Source of the DNA: an uncultured Chloroflexia bacterium
Lineage (GTDB): Bacteria > Chloroflexota > Anaerolineae > UBA4142
DNA length: 64,000 nucleotides
Reading direction: 5' to 3'
Assembly: GCA_963718225.1 (NCBI GenBank)
Contig: CAVQYN010000031.1
Coordinates: 50,304 to 114,303, forward strand
The translations under genes and the position numbers were made by a program. Shown in pieces: positions 1 through 10,893 of this stretch (position 1 is the first letter of the stretch; every line of letters begins with the position of its first letter). The notes under the pieces are model-generated. The model saw only the letters and a list, made by a program, of their open reading frames with translations, made no database searches and had not been told where the DNA came from.

Positions 1-83
1 TTTCTCGTCGAGGTCACGCGCACGTTCGAGCCAAAGCCGGAAGCGCCGCGACCAACACCGCCGCCCGTGGTTGACTAGCCGGC

Positions 84-929
84 ATGGCAATCGCAAATCC
101 TCTGCGTGTCGATTTGCACACGCATTCCACGGCGTCGGATGGCGAGCACGCGCCGGCGGAACTTGTGCGGCTCGCCCTCGAACGGAATCTCAATGTCATC
201 GCGCTGACCGATCACGACACGTGCGATGGCATCGATGCGGCGATTGCCGCCGCGCGCGATACATCGCTCACCGTGATTCCCGGCGTCGAGCTTTCGTGCG
301 ATGTGCCGCAAGGCGAAGTCCACGTGCTTGGCTATTTCATCGATTGGCAGGACGCACACCTCCAATCGATGTTGGTCAAGTTTCGTGAAGGTCGCTTTGG
401 GCGCGCAGAAAAGATGACGAAAAAACTCGCCGCGCTCGGCGTGCCCATTTCGTTCGAGCGCGTGCGCGAAATCGCCGGCGATGCATCGATTGGTCGCCCG
501 CACGTCGCGCAAGCCTTACTCGAAGCCGGTCACGTTGCGAACGTAACCGAAGCGTTCGACAAGTACATCGGACGCACAGGACCGGCTTACGTCGAACGCT
601 TTCGCTTGACGCCGGAAGATGCGGTGACGCTGATTCTGCAAGCGCGCGGCGTGCCGGTCCTGGCACATCCACGCGAAGTGACAAACTGGGTCGAGCCGAT
701 GGTCAAGTGTGGGTTGCTTGGCTTGGAAGTGCATTACGGAATGTACGACGACAACACGCGCAGTGAGCTCGCGCGCATCGCGCGGCAGTTTGGCTTGATC
801 GCAACCGGCGGGAGCGATTTTCACGGTTTGAACAAGATGGCGCACATGAGCGCGCTGGGCGAGGTAAACGTGCCGCCGCAAGTCGTGGACAAGTTGAAAA
901 GCAAAGCAGCGAGTCTCCGCATGAACTAG
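84..929 (+). CDS. PHP-domain metal-dependent phosphoesterase (TrpH/YciV-like)
   Basis: 281-aa ORF with PHP-fold His/Asp motifs DLHTHSTASDG, ALTDHDT, VLAHP, GGSDFHG. Confidence 0.85.
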   Translation: MAIANPLRVDLHTHSTASDGEHAPAELVRLALERNLNVIALTDHDTCDGIDAAIAAARDTSLTVIPGVELSCDVPQGEVHVLGYFIDWQDAHLQSMLVKFREGRFGRAEKMTKKLAALGVPISFERVREIAGDASIGRPHVAQALLEAGHVANVTEAFDKYIGRTGPAYVERFRLTPEDAVTLILQARGVPVLAHPREVTNWVEPMVKCGLLGLEVHYGMYDDNTRSELARIARQFGLIATGGSDFHGLNKMAHMSALGEVNVPPQVVDKLKSKAASLRMN

Positions 930-933
930 AAAA

Positions 934-968
934 AACTCGCGAGCCGGAAATTTTCCGGCTCGCGAGTT
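934..968. terminator. bidirectional intrinsic terminator hairpin
   Basis: Perfect 17-bp inverted repeat AACTCGCGAGCCGGAAA/TTTCCGGCTCGCGAGTT between convergent genes. The flanking A-run gives a T-run on the minus strand. Confidence 0.75.
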
Positions 969-1006
969 GAGTTTACCACACTGTCCGTTCAGAACGACAT
1001 CAAACG

Positions 1007-1855
1007 CTATTCCCCGCCCTCTTCGTTATCCTCTTCCACCGGCGCGCGGCGCACGGACAAGACTTCTGCCAGCGTTACCGCCGCATTTCCGCCATTCTCA
1101 AATTGCACCGTCATACTTTCGTTCAGCACGTTCCGCGCAATCACACGCCCGCCGCCGCGCGCGGTCGTCACGATTTCGCCGACGCGCGGCACGCGCCCCC
1201 TCGCCGCTTGATACGTCGATTGTTCGTACGCGAGACAGCACAACGGGCGACCGCAAAAGCCGGTCGCGGCATTCGGACCCAGCGGCATATCTTGATCCTT
1301 CGCCATCTTGATCGTCGCTTTGGGATAATCGGCGAGGAAGCGTTCGCAACACAACTCTTGCCCGCACGGACCCAAACCGCCGACGAGTTTTGCGCGGTCG
1401 CGCGGACCGATTTGCCACAGCTCGACGCGCGCGGGGAACACGCCCGCCAAGTCTTTGACCAGTCCGCGGAAATCGACGCGACTATCGGCGGTGAAATAAA
1501 ATGTCAAGTGACTGCCATCGAAGTTGTATTCCGCTTCGAGCAAGCGCATCGCGAGATTGTGCTTGGCAACTTGTTCTTTGCATTTCGCCAACGCCTCGTC
1601 TTCTTCCAGGCGCAATTGTTGCCACTGCGAAAGATCGAACGCCGTGGCGCGGCGCAGAACGGGACGCAGTTCACCATCGGGCGAAAAGTTGCCCATCTGC
1701 GATGGCGCAACGACCACACGCGCCGCTTCGCGGCACTTATCGGTATCGACGATGATAAATTCATTTACCGCCAAATCCGCAAAACCGCTCGCATCGTAAT
1801 ATGCAATTTGCGGCACGCGCTTGACGCGCACGCCAACAATGGTACGTGACTTCAT
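1007..1855 (-). CDS. PSP1 C-terminal domain protein (YaaT/RicT-like)
   Basis: 282-aa ORF with a PSP1-type core (LTFYFTADSRVDFRGLVKDLA) and Cys clusters (CGQELCC, CGRPLCCL). It lies directly downstream of holB, as in many Gram-positive genomes. Confidence 0.85.
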   Translation of the reverse strand: MKSRTIVGVRVKRVPQIAYYDASGFADLAVNEFIIVDTDKCREAARVVVAPSQMGNFSPDGELRPVLRRATAFDLSQWQQLRLEEDEALAKCKEQVAKHNLAMRLLEAEYNFDGSHLTFYFTADSRVDFRGLVKDLAGVFPARVELWQIGPRDRAKLVGGLGPCGQELCCERFLADYPKATIKMAKDQDMPLGPNAATGFCGRPLCCLAYEQSTYQAARGRVPRVGEIVTTARGGGRVIARNVLNESMTVQFENGGNAAVTLAEVLSVRRAPVEEDNEEGGE

Positions 1856-1879
1856 GGGACTCCTATGTCCAGAGCGCGC

Positions 1880-2941
1880 TTACGCGCCCACGCCGGGAAG
1901 ATTTAATAACAAGACTTCGATTGCCAAACGCGCGTTGACATTTTGGGCGAGATACCGCGCTGTCGCGCGCACCGATTTCACTGCGCGACTAACTTGCTCA
2001 AATGAAAAGCGCGTCGCGTGTTCCTGCAAAATATTTGCTCGATCAACATTTGTAACGCGCGCACCTTCGCCGGTTTGCATCAACAAGACATCGCGCCACC
2101 AACCGAGCCAGAAATCCAACAGCTCCGGCAAGTCATCCGATTTTTTCGCCAACGCATCCGCGCGCACCAAGCGTTCGGCGCGTCCTTCTTGCACGACCGT
2201 CGTCAACGCATCCAAACATTCGTTGCGCGTGTCGAGCATTGCCGGGTTTTGCGCGGCGCGCAACGCCCAGCCGATACGACCGCCGGACAGGTGCGCGAGC
2301 AATCGCGCGCGTTCCGCGTCAATCGATTTTTCGATCAATGTGCGCTCAACCAGCGCCGGCGCGAGTGGACGCAACGCCAACACCTGACACCGCGAGGCAA
2401 TCGTCGGCAAGAGCAAACTCGTGTCGCGCGCGGTGAGAATCAAGCGCGTGTGCGACGGCGGCTCTTCGAGCGTTTTCAAAAACGCGTTCGCCGCTTCCTC
2501 GTTCGCTTCTTCAAATCGTCGCAGGATGATAACACGCCAGCGTCCTTCAAACGGCGCGCGCGAAACATCGTGCTGAACCAACCGCACCTGATCGATTTTC
2601 AAAATGCGGCGTTCCCAATCGTTTGCGCGCGGCGGAGGCGGCGGCGCTTTCTCATCGAATTTGTAACCGACCGGCACACCTTCGATGATTTGTACATCCG
2701 GATGCCGGTCGCGCGCGATGCGTTGACACGCCGAACATATTCCGCACGGACGATTGCTGGCGGTACATTCCAACGTCTGCGCCAACGCGCGCGCCAACGT
2801 CGTCTTGCCAATGGCATGCGGACCGGTGAAAAGGTATGCATGCGCCGCGCGGTCGGTGGCAATGCTGCGCGCGAGCGCGCTCACCGCCCACTCATGTCCG
2901 AGCACGCCCCAGTTGGTTGTAATCTCCGCGCGTGTTGTCAT
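1880..2941 (-). CDS. holB: DNA polymerase III subunit delta'
   Basis: AAA+ clamp-loader motifs: GPHAIGKTTLA, Zn module CGICSACQRI, SRC motif IASRCQ. I place the start at ATG 2941 (MTTRAEI...); the longer 435-aa ORF start lies in upstream low-quality sequence. Confidence 0.85.
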   Translation of the reverse strand: MTTRAEITTNWGVLGHEWAVSALARSIATDRAAHAYLFTGPHAIGKTTLARALAQTLECTASNRPCGICSACQRIARDRHPDVQIIEGVPVGYKFDEKAPPPPPRANDWERRILKIDQVRLVQHDVSRAPFEGRWRVIILRRFEEANEEAANAFLKTLEEPPSHTRLILTARDTSLLLPTIASRCQVLALRPLAPALVERTLIEKSIDAERARLLAHLSGGRIGWALRAAQNPAMLDTRNECLDALTTVVQEGRAERLVRADALAKKSDDLPELLDFWLGWWRDVLLMQTGEGARVTNVDRANILQEHATRFSFEQVSRAVKSVRATARYLAQNVNARLAIEVLLLNLPGVGA

Positions 2942-3064
2942 CGCGTCTATTGTATCATGATTGCGCGAGAGAGACAAAATCACCCCCACTTTAAGGGTAG
3001 GGATTGCAACCCGCTTTAGTTTGCGCGAACCGATACGCCATGATATAATCTCGGCGGAGGAAGT

Positions 3065-3328
3065 ATGCCGTGGCGTAATTGGAAAGTATTGCTCATCATC
3101 ATTCTTGCAAACTATGTCGTCTTTAGCATTGTCGGCACGATTGCTTTTCCGGTCACGCCGCCGCCCGCGCCCACGCGCGCGTTGCATCCCACGTTCACGC
3201 CCGGCGCCTTGCCGCTTGAACGCGCGACGCTAACATTCGATACGCCAACAATAATCCCAACTGCTACGTCTGTCACCCCGGCAACCATCTCACCGCCCGC
3301 GACCAGTTCGCCAACACCAACTCCGTAA
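3065..3328 (+). CDS. small membrane protein with Pro/Thr-rich tail (hypothetical)
   Basis: GGAGG just upstream of the ATG. One TM helix (KVLLIIILANYVVFSIVGTIAF), then a P/T-rich tail, followed by a terminator. Confidence 0.5.
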   Translation: MPWRNWKVLLIIILANYVVFSIVGTIAFPVTPPPAPTRALHPTFTPGALPLERATLTFDTPTIIPTATSVTPATISPPATSSPTPTP

Positions 3329-3334
3329 AAAAGT

Positions 3335-3367
3335 ATCGGGGCGCAGGATTCTGCGCCCCGATTTTTT
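3335..3367. terminator. bidirectional intrinsic terminator
   Basis: Stem ATCGGGGCGCAG/CTGCGCCCCGAT, loop GATT, then TTTTT; A-rich on the other side. Lies between convergent genes. Confidence 0.8.
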
Positions 3368-4538
3368 ATTGCACCGCTATTCGATCGCCCTCATTCACGC
3401 CGCTCACAATCTCCGTTTCGTTGCCATCGGTTACGCCGATTTCGACGATCACGTCGCGCGGATTGCCGGGCGAAACAATGCGCACCGCTTTGCGCGTTCC
3501 GACATTTTTCAGCGCGCGATTCGGCACGATCAACACATCTTTCCTTTCGCTCGTTTGAATGCGCAGGTTCGCGCCCATCCCCAGTCGCACGAGTAATCCG
3601 CGCGGATCGAAATCGACGATGGCCGAATAGACCGTGCTCCCGCGCTGTGTCGATGCCGCCGGGAACAAGCGCGTCAATTTGCCAGCAAACTTTTCACCAG
3701 GGAATGCGTCAAGTCGCACATCAACCGATTGCCCCACTGCGACATTCGCCACATCAATTTCGTCGATGTCGACGGCGATCTCCAGTGCGCTCAAATCCGC
3801 CACGTTCGCCAGCGGCGTATACGCGCCAACGAGTTCGCCTTCGCGTACGGTGATTTCCGTCACCGTCGCCGTGTACGGCGTCGTGAGTTTGGTTCGCGTC
3901 AAGACATCGCGCGCATTCTCCAATTCGATTTGCGCAATCGCCACCGAGTTCTGCAACGTCTCCAATTCCTCTTTCGATGCGCCGTTCGTCACGCGGCTGA
4001 AACTTGCGCGCGCAATTTCCAAATCGGCACGCGCGGCTTCGCGATACGCATCATTCTGCGCTGATGGATTTGCGCTGTATGCCGCTTCCGCCGCCGCCAC
4101 CGTCAGCGTCGCCTTACGCAAGTTCGCGCGCGCAATGTCGATATCTTCGTCGCGCGGCGCGGCTTTGGCGCGCACAAGATCGAGTTGGCGCGATTGCAGA
4201 TTCAATTCGGCTTGGCGCACGCGCCGCGTCGCATCATCCGCGCGCAGAGCGAGAATCGCATCGCCGCTGTTGACGAGATCGCCTTCTTCTCTGAAAATCT
4301 CTTGCACGATGCCGGATACGGGCAAAGACAAGCGCGCCGATTGCTTGGAACGCACTTTGCCGGTTGCATTGACCGACGCGCTGATCGTGCCGCGCCGGAC
4401 GACGGCCGTGTTGGCAGGCGGCGTTTGCGCTTGCGTCATCGCTGAGTTGGCGATGGTCATCACGGCGATGAGACCGATCAGCGCCACCACCGCAAGCGCC
4501 AGCCAGCGTAAATTAAATTTCGGCAGATTGAGCTTCAT
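3366..4538 (-). CDS. efflux transporter periplasmic adaptor subunit (HlyD/MFP family)
   Basis: 390 aa with an N-terminal membrane anchor, a long coiled-coil segment and a C-terminal beta-barrel region typical of MacA/HlyD adaptors. Confidence 0.85.
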   Translation of the reverse strand: MKLNLPKFNLRWLALAVVALIGLIAVMTIANSAMTQAQTPPANTAVVRRGTISASVNATGKVRSKQSARLSLPVSGIVQEIFREEGDLVNSGDAILALRADDATRRVRQAELNLQSRQLDLVRAKAAPRDEDIDIARANLRKATLTVAAAEAAYSANPSAQNDAYREAARADLEIARASFSRVTNGASKEELETLQNSVAIAQIELENARDVLTRTKLTTPYTATVTEITVREGELVGAYTPLANVADLSALEIAVDIDEIDVANVAVGQSVDVRLDAFPGEKFAGKLTRLFPAASTQRGSTVYSAIVDFDPRGLLVRLGMGANLRIQTSERKDVLIVPNRALKNVGTRKAVRIVSPGNPRDVIVEIGVTDGNETEIVSGVNEGDRIAVQ

Positions 4539-4557
4539 AGATTACTCCAAATCTTTG

Positions 4558-4637
4558 GCACCCTGAGCGGAGTGGAGCACCACGCAGTCGAAGGGGTACG
4601 TTCTTCAATCGCGCCGCAACGCGGCACCGCTCAGAAT
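4558..4637. repeat. REP-like palindromic spacer element
   Basis: CTGAGCGG (4563-4570) is inverted as CCGCTCAG (4627-4634). There is an internal GCCGC-AAC-GCGGC hairpin and a GTCGAAGGGG-type motif common in intergenic repeats. Confidence 0.5.
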
Positions 4638-4638
4638 G

Positions 4639-7370
4639 TTATTCCCCAAAATCACTTGCACGCCAAGCGTCCGTTGTAATTGCCTTAGGTAACTCGTCCG
4701 TCGGCACTGCCGCCCACGCCGCGTCCATCAAAATCAATTCAATAGTGTACGGTCCATCGATTCCGCGCGCGCGAATTTCTGTGCCGGGAATCATCAGCGT
4801 CACCGATTGCGAACCGGCTTGCAACGTCATCGGCGTGGTCAATGCGGCAGCCAAATCTCCGCGCGCGTTGCGAACAGTCGTGCCGATGGCAAATTCACCG
4901 GCGCGCGCGACGTTCACCGCCGCATCGATGGTTATGCCGACGCGCGATGCGCGCGCGCGCGCATCGCCGGCGAACGACGCCGTCTTGGGTGAAACTGCAA
5001 ACAGAATTTGCTGTTCGCGAGAAAACTGCGGCGTTTGCAAAACCACGCGCGCAAGATAATAGCCGCCGCGCGTCAAACCGGGAATCGCCTCCGCATAATT
5101 TCCCGGCTCGCCTTCTTCGAGCAGTCTTATTTCGATCGGTTTGCCACGAGACGTTTTGCCATCACCCAGCCATTCGATTGTCGCGCGCGCATCTGCGCCG
5201 GCAAGTTTGTTGCTCAACACCGCGTTGATAATCACCGGCACGCCGGGCGCGTACCACGCACGGTCGGTGTTCACTTGCAAGCGCACATCCGTGTCGAGAT
5301 CGGCATAAGTGGTGAGCGTAATCGGCTCCGTCGCGCGATCCAAGCGCGTCGCGATCAACGACCAGGCGCCGATTGGCGCATTTGGAATTGCATACGCGGC
5401 GAGATTGCCGATGTCGGCTTTCAAGTACGCCGCATCGAGCAAATTCTTGCGCGCAGGTTGCAACGTGAAATCGCTTGACGTGACACTGTCGCGCACGGTG
5501 TCCGGCGCGTAACGCGTACCATCGGGCGCGCGCAAAGTTATCGCAACATCGCCTTCATTCCATCGCGCGAGAAAACGAGTCGCGCGATTCGCGTCGATCA
5601 AAATCGTACGCGTGATCGTTGCGCCGGCATTCAACGTATCGATGTTCAGCGGCGTGATGTTGCGCGGCAAAATCGGATCGACCGGCGCGGCGGCAAAACC
5701 AATCGGGCGCGCGTCCGGGTCGCGCAACGCATTGCGAATGAATCGTTGATACGTCGTGTCGGGATAGAGATACGAGGTGAGCGTGAATGGAAGCGGCGAG
5801 GGTTTCCAATCGTGCGCGTCGGCGTTGATGACGCGGCGCACTTGCGGACCCTCGAGCGCGTGCGCGCTCCACACATCGATCAAGCCGTCGCTCGCCGGAA
5901 ATTGCTTGAGCAGTTCCAAACCGGTTTGCGCGCGCGCATCGCCGATGAGCAAATCATATGGAACCGTCGCGCGCGGCTGATGGGTGCGATTGAACAACGC
6001 GGCGTACTCGGGCGACAATTCGATGACCGATGGTTCGCCGGGTCGATCCTCGATTTCGCGCGTGAGCAAATCGTACCACAAGCGCACGCCGGCTTGCGGC
6101 GTGCCAAGAATAATCGCGCGACGGACATCGTTTTGATACAACGACGATTCGATGTACGCGCGCGTGTTCAAGCCACCCATCGAAAACGCGATCACATCGA
6201 CGCGCGGCGCGCCGGTTTTTGTTTTCACATTGGCAATGACATCGCGCAGAGTCGCGGCATTTTGGAACAACGTTTTCTCCGGCGAAATCCCAGCGGCGTA
6301 GAAAACTTGAAAGCCATCGGCTTCGAGATATTTCCGGAGAAATCGAAATTCCGTGTCGTCGATTTCGTCCGACGCGGCGGTATGCCAGCCGTGCACGAGC
6401 ACGACCGGCAACGTCGTCGGGCGCGTCAGCGCGCCGCCGAAGACGCTCAAGCCGCGCGGCGTGCCAATCCACACGATTTTCTGCGCGTCGATGGCGAGCG
6501 TCGTGATTTCATTATCGGGCAAGCCATCGGCGCGCGTGTGCGTTTTCCATTTGCCGTTTTCGAACACCGCAAGCCCGCGCCCGGTGCCAACCCACACGCG
6601 CGTCGCATCGACCGCCAGCGCGCGCACAAGGTTATCCGGCAAGTCCATCGGCTTGCGTGAACGAACGAAATGTTTTGCCGTCGAACACGCTCACGCCGTT
6701 GTCGGTGCCGAACCACACTTGATTGTCCGGCGCAATCGCAATTGCGTTGACGCGATGGCTCGCTAGCCCGGCGCTCGCGGTGTATCGTGTCCAGGCTTTG
6801 CCGTCGAAGAAAAATGCGCCATCACTCGTCGCAACCCAGACGTTGCCGGCAGAATCGATTGCTAAAGCGTTGATGTAATTATTCGCGAGCGAAAATTTCG
6901 TCCACTGGTCGTTTTCCAAACGCGCGACGCCGGCGTTCGTCGTGCCGATCCACACACGCTTTTGTTTATCGATTGCCACCGCGCTGACATAATCGCTCGG
7001 AATCGCCGAGTTGCTTGTCGTGTACGTTTTGCGCGTCGCGCCATCAAAGTACGTCAGCCCGCCGCCGTTCGTTGCAAAATAAAGCTTGTCGCCGGTCAAC
7101 GCGGCGATGCCATTGACCCAGGAATTGCCCAAGCCATGGGCGGAGGTGTAGTTGATCCAGTAACTTGTCTTGCACGCGCGTTGTTCCGCGCGACGTGCCA
7201 ACCCACAGCGCGCCATCCGGCGCAAACGCGATGCTGGTGATGTAATCGTCTGCGAGTCCGTCGCGCTGGGTGTAATTTTGGAATGCCAAAGTATCCGCGC
7301 GCGCGGACACGCCAAGCAAAGAAAAAAGCAGGGTAAGCGCAAAGAGGTAAACCCTAAGTTTTCCGATCAT
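4639..7370 (-). pseudogene. secreted Reg_prop beta-propeller repeat / alpha-beta hydrolase (lipase-like) fusion protein, 2 frameshifts
   Basis: Three collinear ORF fragments (7370-7044, 7342-6632, 6648-4639). The protein has a signal peptide MIGKLRVYLFALTLLFSLLGVSARA and repeated G.LWVGT..G / W..YT..GL propeller motifs. It then has a hydrolase core VVLVHGW...AFSMGG and C-terminal beta-rich domains. Frame changes lie near 7165 and 6643. Confidence 0.7.
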
Positions 7371-7406
7371 AGCAAACTCGGTAGGTCGGACTTGCCCAGA
7401 AATAAT

Positions 7407-8216
7407 CTACTTGATAAAAATCGACACAACATACGGAACGAGTACCAATAACGCCATCAACGGATGTCCGCGGCGAGTACTGTTTTGGGTATCCCAACTG
7501 AAAAGATAAATGGCTAGACCAAACGCGAGCAAGCCACTCGTCAACAATACCATCGCCGACACAAACGGATTGAACACCGTCGATTGATTGTACGCCAATC
7601 CAAGAAACGCTTGCATCGCGTGCGCAGTCGGCAAGAGCCGCGAGAAAGGAAGAATCGATTCAGGAAGTATGCTCAATGGCATCATCAGCCCGCCGATAAG
7701 CATGGATGGCAGGAAAACCATTTGCGACCACAGGACGGTTGCGCGCGTGTCGTTTGAAATGACGCCGATGAGCGCGCCAATCGCGCCGCAGGTCAAGGCA
7801 GTTAGAATCGTGAGGAGACCGAAGATCAACCAATTGCTCGGCGGCGCGCTTTTGAAAAACGGCGCGGCGGTCAACGCGACAATCGCAGAAGCAATCAGCG
7901 CGTGAAAGACCGTCGTCAACACCGGAATCGACAGAATCGACAATGCCGGCACGCCATTGATTTTGAAACTCCGGTAAATACCCGCCGCGCGCGATTCGAC
8001 CAGCGGATTGGGCAAGCCGAGCAATGTGCTTGCCGTGATCGTAAAAATCACCATCGCGGGAATCAGCGTCTCTTGAAAACCGGGATTGATGGCGGTCATG
8101 ACAACACCCATCATCACGTAAAAGAACAAGGGAAACAGATAGTTGATAAACAGCAACGAGGCGTTGCGCAATCCGGTTTTGAACTCAAAAGCGAAATGAT
8201 TAGCAAAAGCAATCAT
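7407..8216 (-). CDS. ABC-2 type transporter permease
   Basis: 269 aa with six predicted TM helices. Its ATG overlaps the ATPase stop (ATGA at 8213-8216). Confidence 0.8.
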   Translation of the reverse strand: MIAFANHFAFEFKTGLRNASLLFINYLFPLFFYVMMGVVMTAINPGFQETLIPAMVIFTITASTLLGLPNPLVESRAAGIYRSFKINGVPALSILSIPVLTTVFHALIASAIVALTAAPFFKSAPPSNWLIFGLLTILTALTCGAIGALIGVISNDTRATVLWSQMVFLPSMLIGGLMMPLSILPESILPFSRLLPTAHAMQAFLGLAYNQSTVFNPFVSAMVLLTSGLLAFGLAIYLFSWDTQNSTRRGHPLMALLVLVPYVVSIFIK

Positions 8217-9130
8217 GACACGCCTCCGACGGTGGTGATTTCCAAAAAGCGCTCTTCCAATGACGGACGCTCCACGCGCAAATCGATCAGTTTGTCGTCG
8301 TGTTCGCGCAGATACGCCAAGATCGCCGATACAGTGGGCGCCGGGTCGGTGCTAAAGTAAATCGCATAATCTTCTTGCGAAGAGTGTTGGCTCACCGCCG
8401 GGAATTTCACAGCGTGCTTGAGCAATATCGATTGCTCGGTGCGCGCCGAAATCTTGGTGTATGCGGAACCGGTGGCAGTCAATTCGCGCGGCGAGCCGGT
8501 GGCAACCACTTTGCCTTTGAGCAAGATCGCCACGCGATCGGTCATCTTTTCCGCCTCTGCCATATCGTGCGTTGCAAGCAAAATACTCGTGCCGGCGGCT
8601 TTTAATTCTTGCATCAGCGTATGCAGTTCAGTCCGCGACTCAACATCCAAGCCTGCCGTCGGTTCGTCCAGAAAGACCACCGGCGGACGATGCGCAATTG
8701 CAAGCGCCAAAGCCAATCGACGCTGCAACCCGGTGGAGAGTTGCGCATACTGCGTTTTGAGTTTGCTACCCAAGCCCAGTCGTTGCAACAAATCTGTGCG
8801 TGGCGCAACCCCATGATAAGCACACATGAATTTCATCGCTTCATCCACCGTCATCGACCCGGGTAACGCCGAAGTTTGCAACTGCACGCCAACAAGGTTG
8901 CGTAGTTTACGTCCGTCGCGACCTGGATTTAGACCCAGGATGTCGAGCGAGCCGCCGCTGGGTTGACGCAATCCTTCCAGGCATTCGAGTGTGCTGGTCT
9001 TGCCGGCACCATTGGGTCCGAGCAAACCAAAGATTTCACCGCGATGCACATCGAAATTGATGCCGTTGACCGCAACAAAATTCCCATAGGTCTTGCGGAA
9101 ATCCTTGACGTTCAAGACAGTTTGGTTCAT
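8213..9130 (-). CDS. ABC transporter ATP-binding protein
   Basis: Walker A GPNGAGKTS, signature LSTGLQRR, Walker B VVFLDEPTAGLD. Confidence 0.9.
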   Translation of the reverse strand: MNQTVLNVKDFRKTYGNFVAVNGINFDVHRGEIFGLLGPNGAGKTSTLECLEGLRQPSGGSLDILGLNPGRDGRKLRNLVGVQLQTSALPGSMTVDEAMKFMCAYHGVAPRTDLLQRLGLGSKLKTQYAQLSTGLQRRLALALAIAHRPPVVFLDEPTAGLDVESRTELHTLMQELKAAGTSILLATHDMAEAEKMTDRVAILLKGKVVATGSPRELTATGSAYTKISARTEQSILLKHAVKFPAVSQHSSQEDYAIYFSTDPAPTVSAILAYLREHDDKLIDLRVERPSLEERFLEITTVGGVS

Positions 9131-9133
9131 TCT

Positions 9134-10874
9134 CTAAACCCTCCTCGCTTTTCGCATCGCCGCGCGCAAACGACCCAACGGCACATCCGGCGTCAGGTCT
9201 ACAAATTTCATCGGTTCGGCGAGCACAGGATGCACAGATTGAATCGCGCGAAACATTTCCTGCGTCGTGCGGCGATAATCGGGATGACCTTGCGGCGCGG
9301 AACGCAGTTCGATCAAATGGTACGTCTCGCGCAAATTCAAGCGCACATTGTAGCGCACGCGAAAGCCAAACGGCACAACGTATCTGCGCTTCTGCCGGCA
9401 TTTCGCCTGCCAAGCGTTCGCGAAATTGCGCCGCTTGTTCCATCAAGCGCACGTAATCGGCCCGAATTTCTGGCACCGCGTTGACATCCTCGTTCACGTC
9501 AAATCCGTGCGCCGTCGTGAACATTTGCCGAGCCGGCGTCAGCACGCGATGGCGCTGTAAATCGCGGTACTCGCCGATGTTCAAGAGCAAATCGAATTCG
9601 TACGACGTATGCTCGAACGCGCGCCCCGGCTTGTGCCGGCGATTGTGCCGTTCACCGACGTATGCGCGCACGATGCGCGCCTTGTCCGCGTCCGACATTT
9701 CGCGCACGCGCGCGACGATTTCCGCTTTGGGCAACTCGGAGCCGGCGAACAAAATCGCAGACACGACACGCGCGACCGCATCGGCATCGTAACTGACGAG
9801 TGTCACTTTTTTAACTCCCTCCCTTGTCGAAGACGGGGGAGGGGCGGGGTGGGGGTTCGCGCTCGTCAAAAATTCTTGTGCCAATTCGCGTTGGCGCGCA
9901 ATCATCGATTGCAAGAATGCCTGCTGGGTTTTGCCGCGTTCGTCGTTCGCGCGTTTCAGAAATGGTCCCAGGACTTGGCCCAACTCCGCTTGCGCTGCCT
10001 GCGCGATGACTTGCGGCTCTTCCAGTTCTTCCGCGTACAACCGCACGAGCATGTATTCGAGCGCGCGGCCATTGCCCCACACACCCACATTCGTCAGCGT
10101 CGCCAGCGGCAAAAAACAGCGCAACATATCGCACGCCCGCGCGCGCACTGCCTGCCGATACGCAAACAGCGCGCTCTTGAGCATATCTTCGTCGCGAATA
10201 TTCTTGAAAGGCACAACATCGCCGGTCAGCGCGTTTTCAAATTCAATCTGGTCGATGGGATTGCGTTGCGCAACGTGTTCCGTCATCCGCGGTAAATGAC
10301 GCGCATACGCATCGAACAGCGCGTCGAGCATCGCGACGTACTCGCCGGCAAATTTCGATTGCATGATGCGATGCGGGCGATAATAGCGATACTGCCCGTT
10401 CACCTTGTCGTCGAACGGCACATAGCGCGAGGATTTTTCGAGATACGAAATGCCAATGCGCCCGCTTTCGATCACTTTGGCAGCGATTTGCGAAATGTCC
10501 TGACACGCGAGATGCGCGCCGCCCAACTCGGCGACAGAATCATCGCCGTAATCGGACAGGACACGACGATAGAAATCTTCCGCACGTTCTTCTCCGGCGC
10601 TGATTTGATCGTGCAGATGATTCGCGCCGCGCGAGAAATCGTCGATGCCAAGATCGCGGCGCGGGAGAAATTCGTCGAGGAAGAGCCGGCGCACGCCTTG
10701 CGCCGACCGGCTGTAGCGGGAAAAGAGCGCGCCCTTGATGACTTCAGGAAGATTCTTGAGCGCGACAACCGAACGATCTGAATTCGTGAAGAATGGGGCG
10801 ATCAGTTGCGCTTCTGCCGGAGTAAGTATTTCGCTGGATGGTGTGAGCCGCGCAAAATAATCGTTCGAGTCCAT
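9134..10874 (-). pseudogene. thyX: ThyX-like FAD-dependent thymidylate synthase, long two-domain form, 1 frameshift
   Basis: N-terminal LPEVIKGALFSRYSRS and a later LQRHR motif. The true C-terminus (PFGFRVRYNVRLNLRETYHLIELRS...) is in the 80-aa ORF 9134-9376. There is an extra base near 9383. Confidence 0.65.
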
Positions 10875-10893
10875 GAGTCTCCGGCTAGGGTTA

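Noticed and set aside
1-78. Open frame running to TAG at 76-78 (FLVEVTRTFEPKPEAPRPTPPPVVD*), possibly the 3' end of an upstream gene
   Set aside because: Only 25 codons, truncated at the window edge and with no recognisable motif. This is too little to support a feature.
2018-3019. Long antisense or overlapping ORFs in the six-frame track (for example 2018-3019, 5746-6660, 17268-18365, 26930-28009, 52512-53594, 57442-58011, 59403-60590)
   Set aside because: They lie opposite or out of frame to genes with strong family motifs. They are Arg/Ala-rich 'shadow' ORFs typical of GC-rich DNA.
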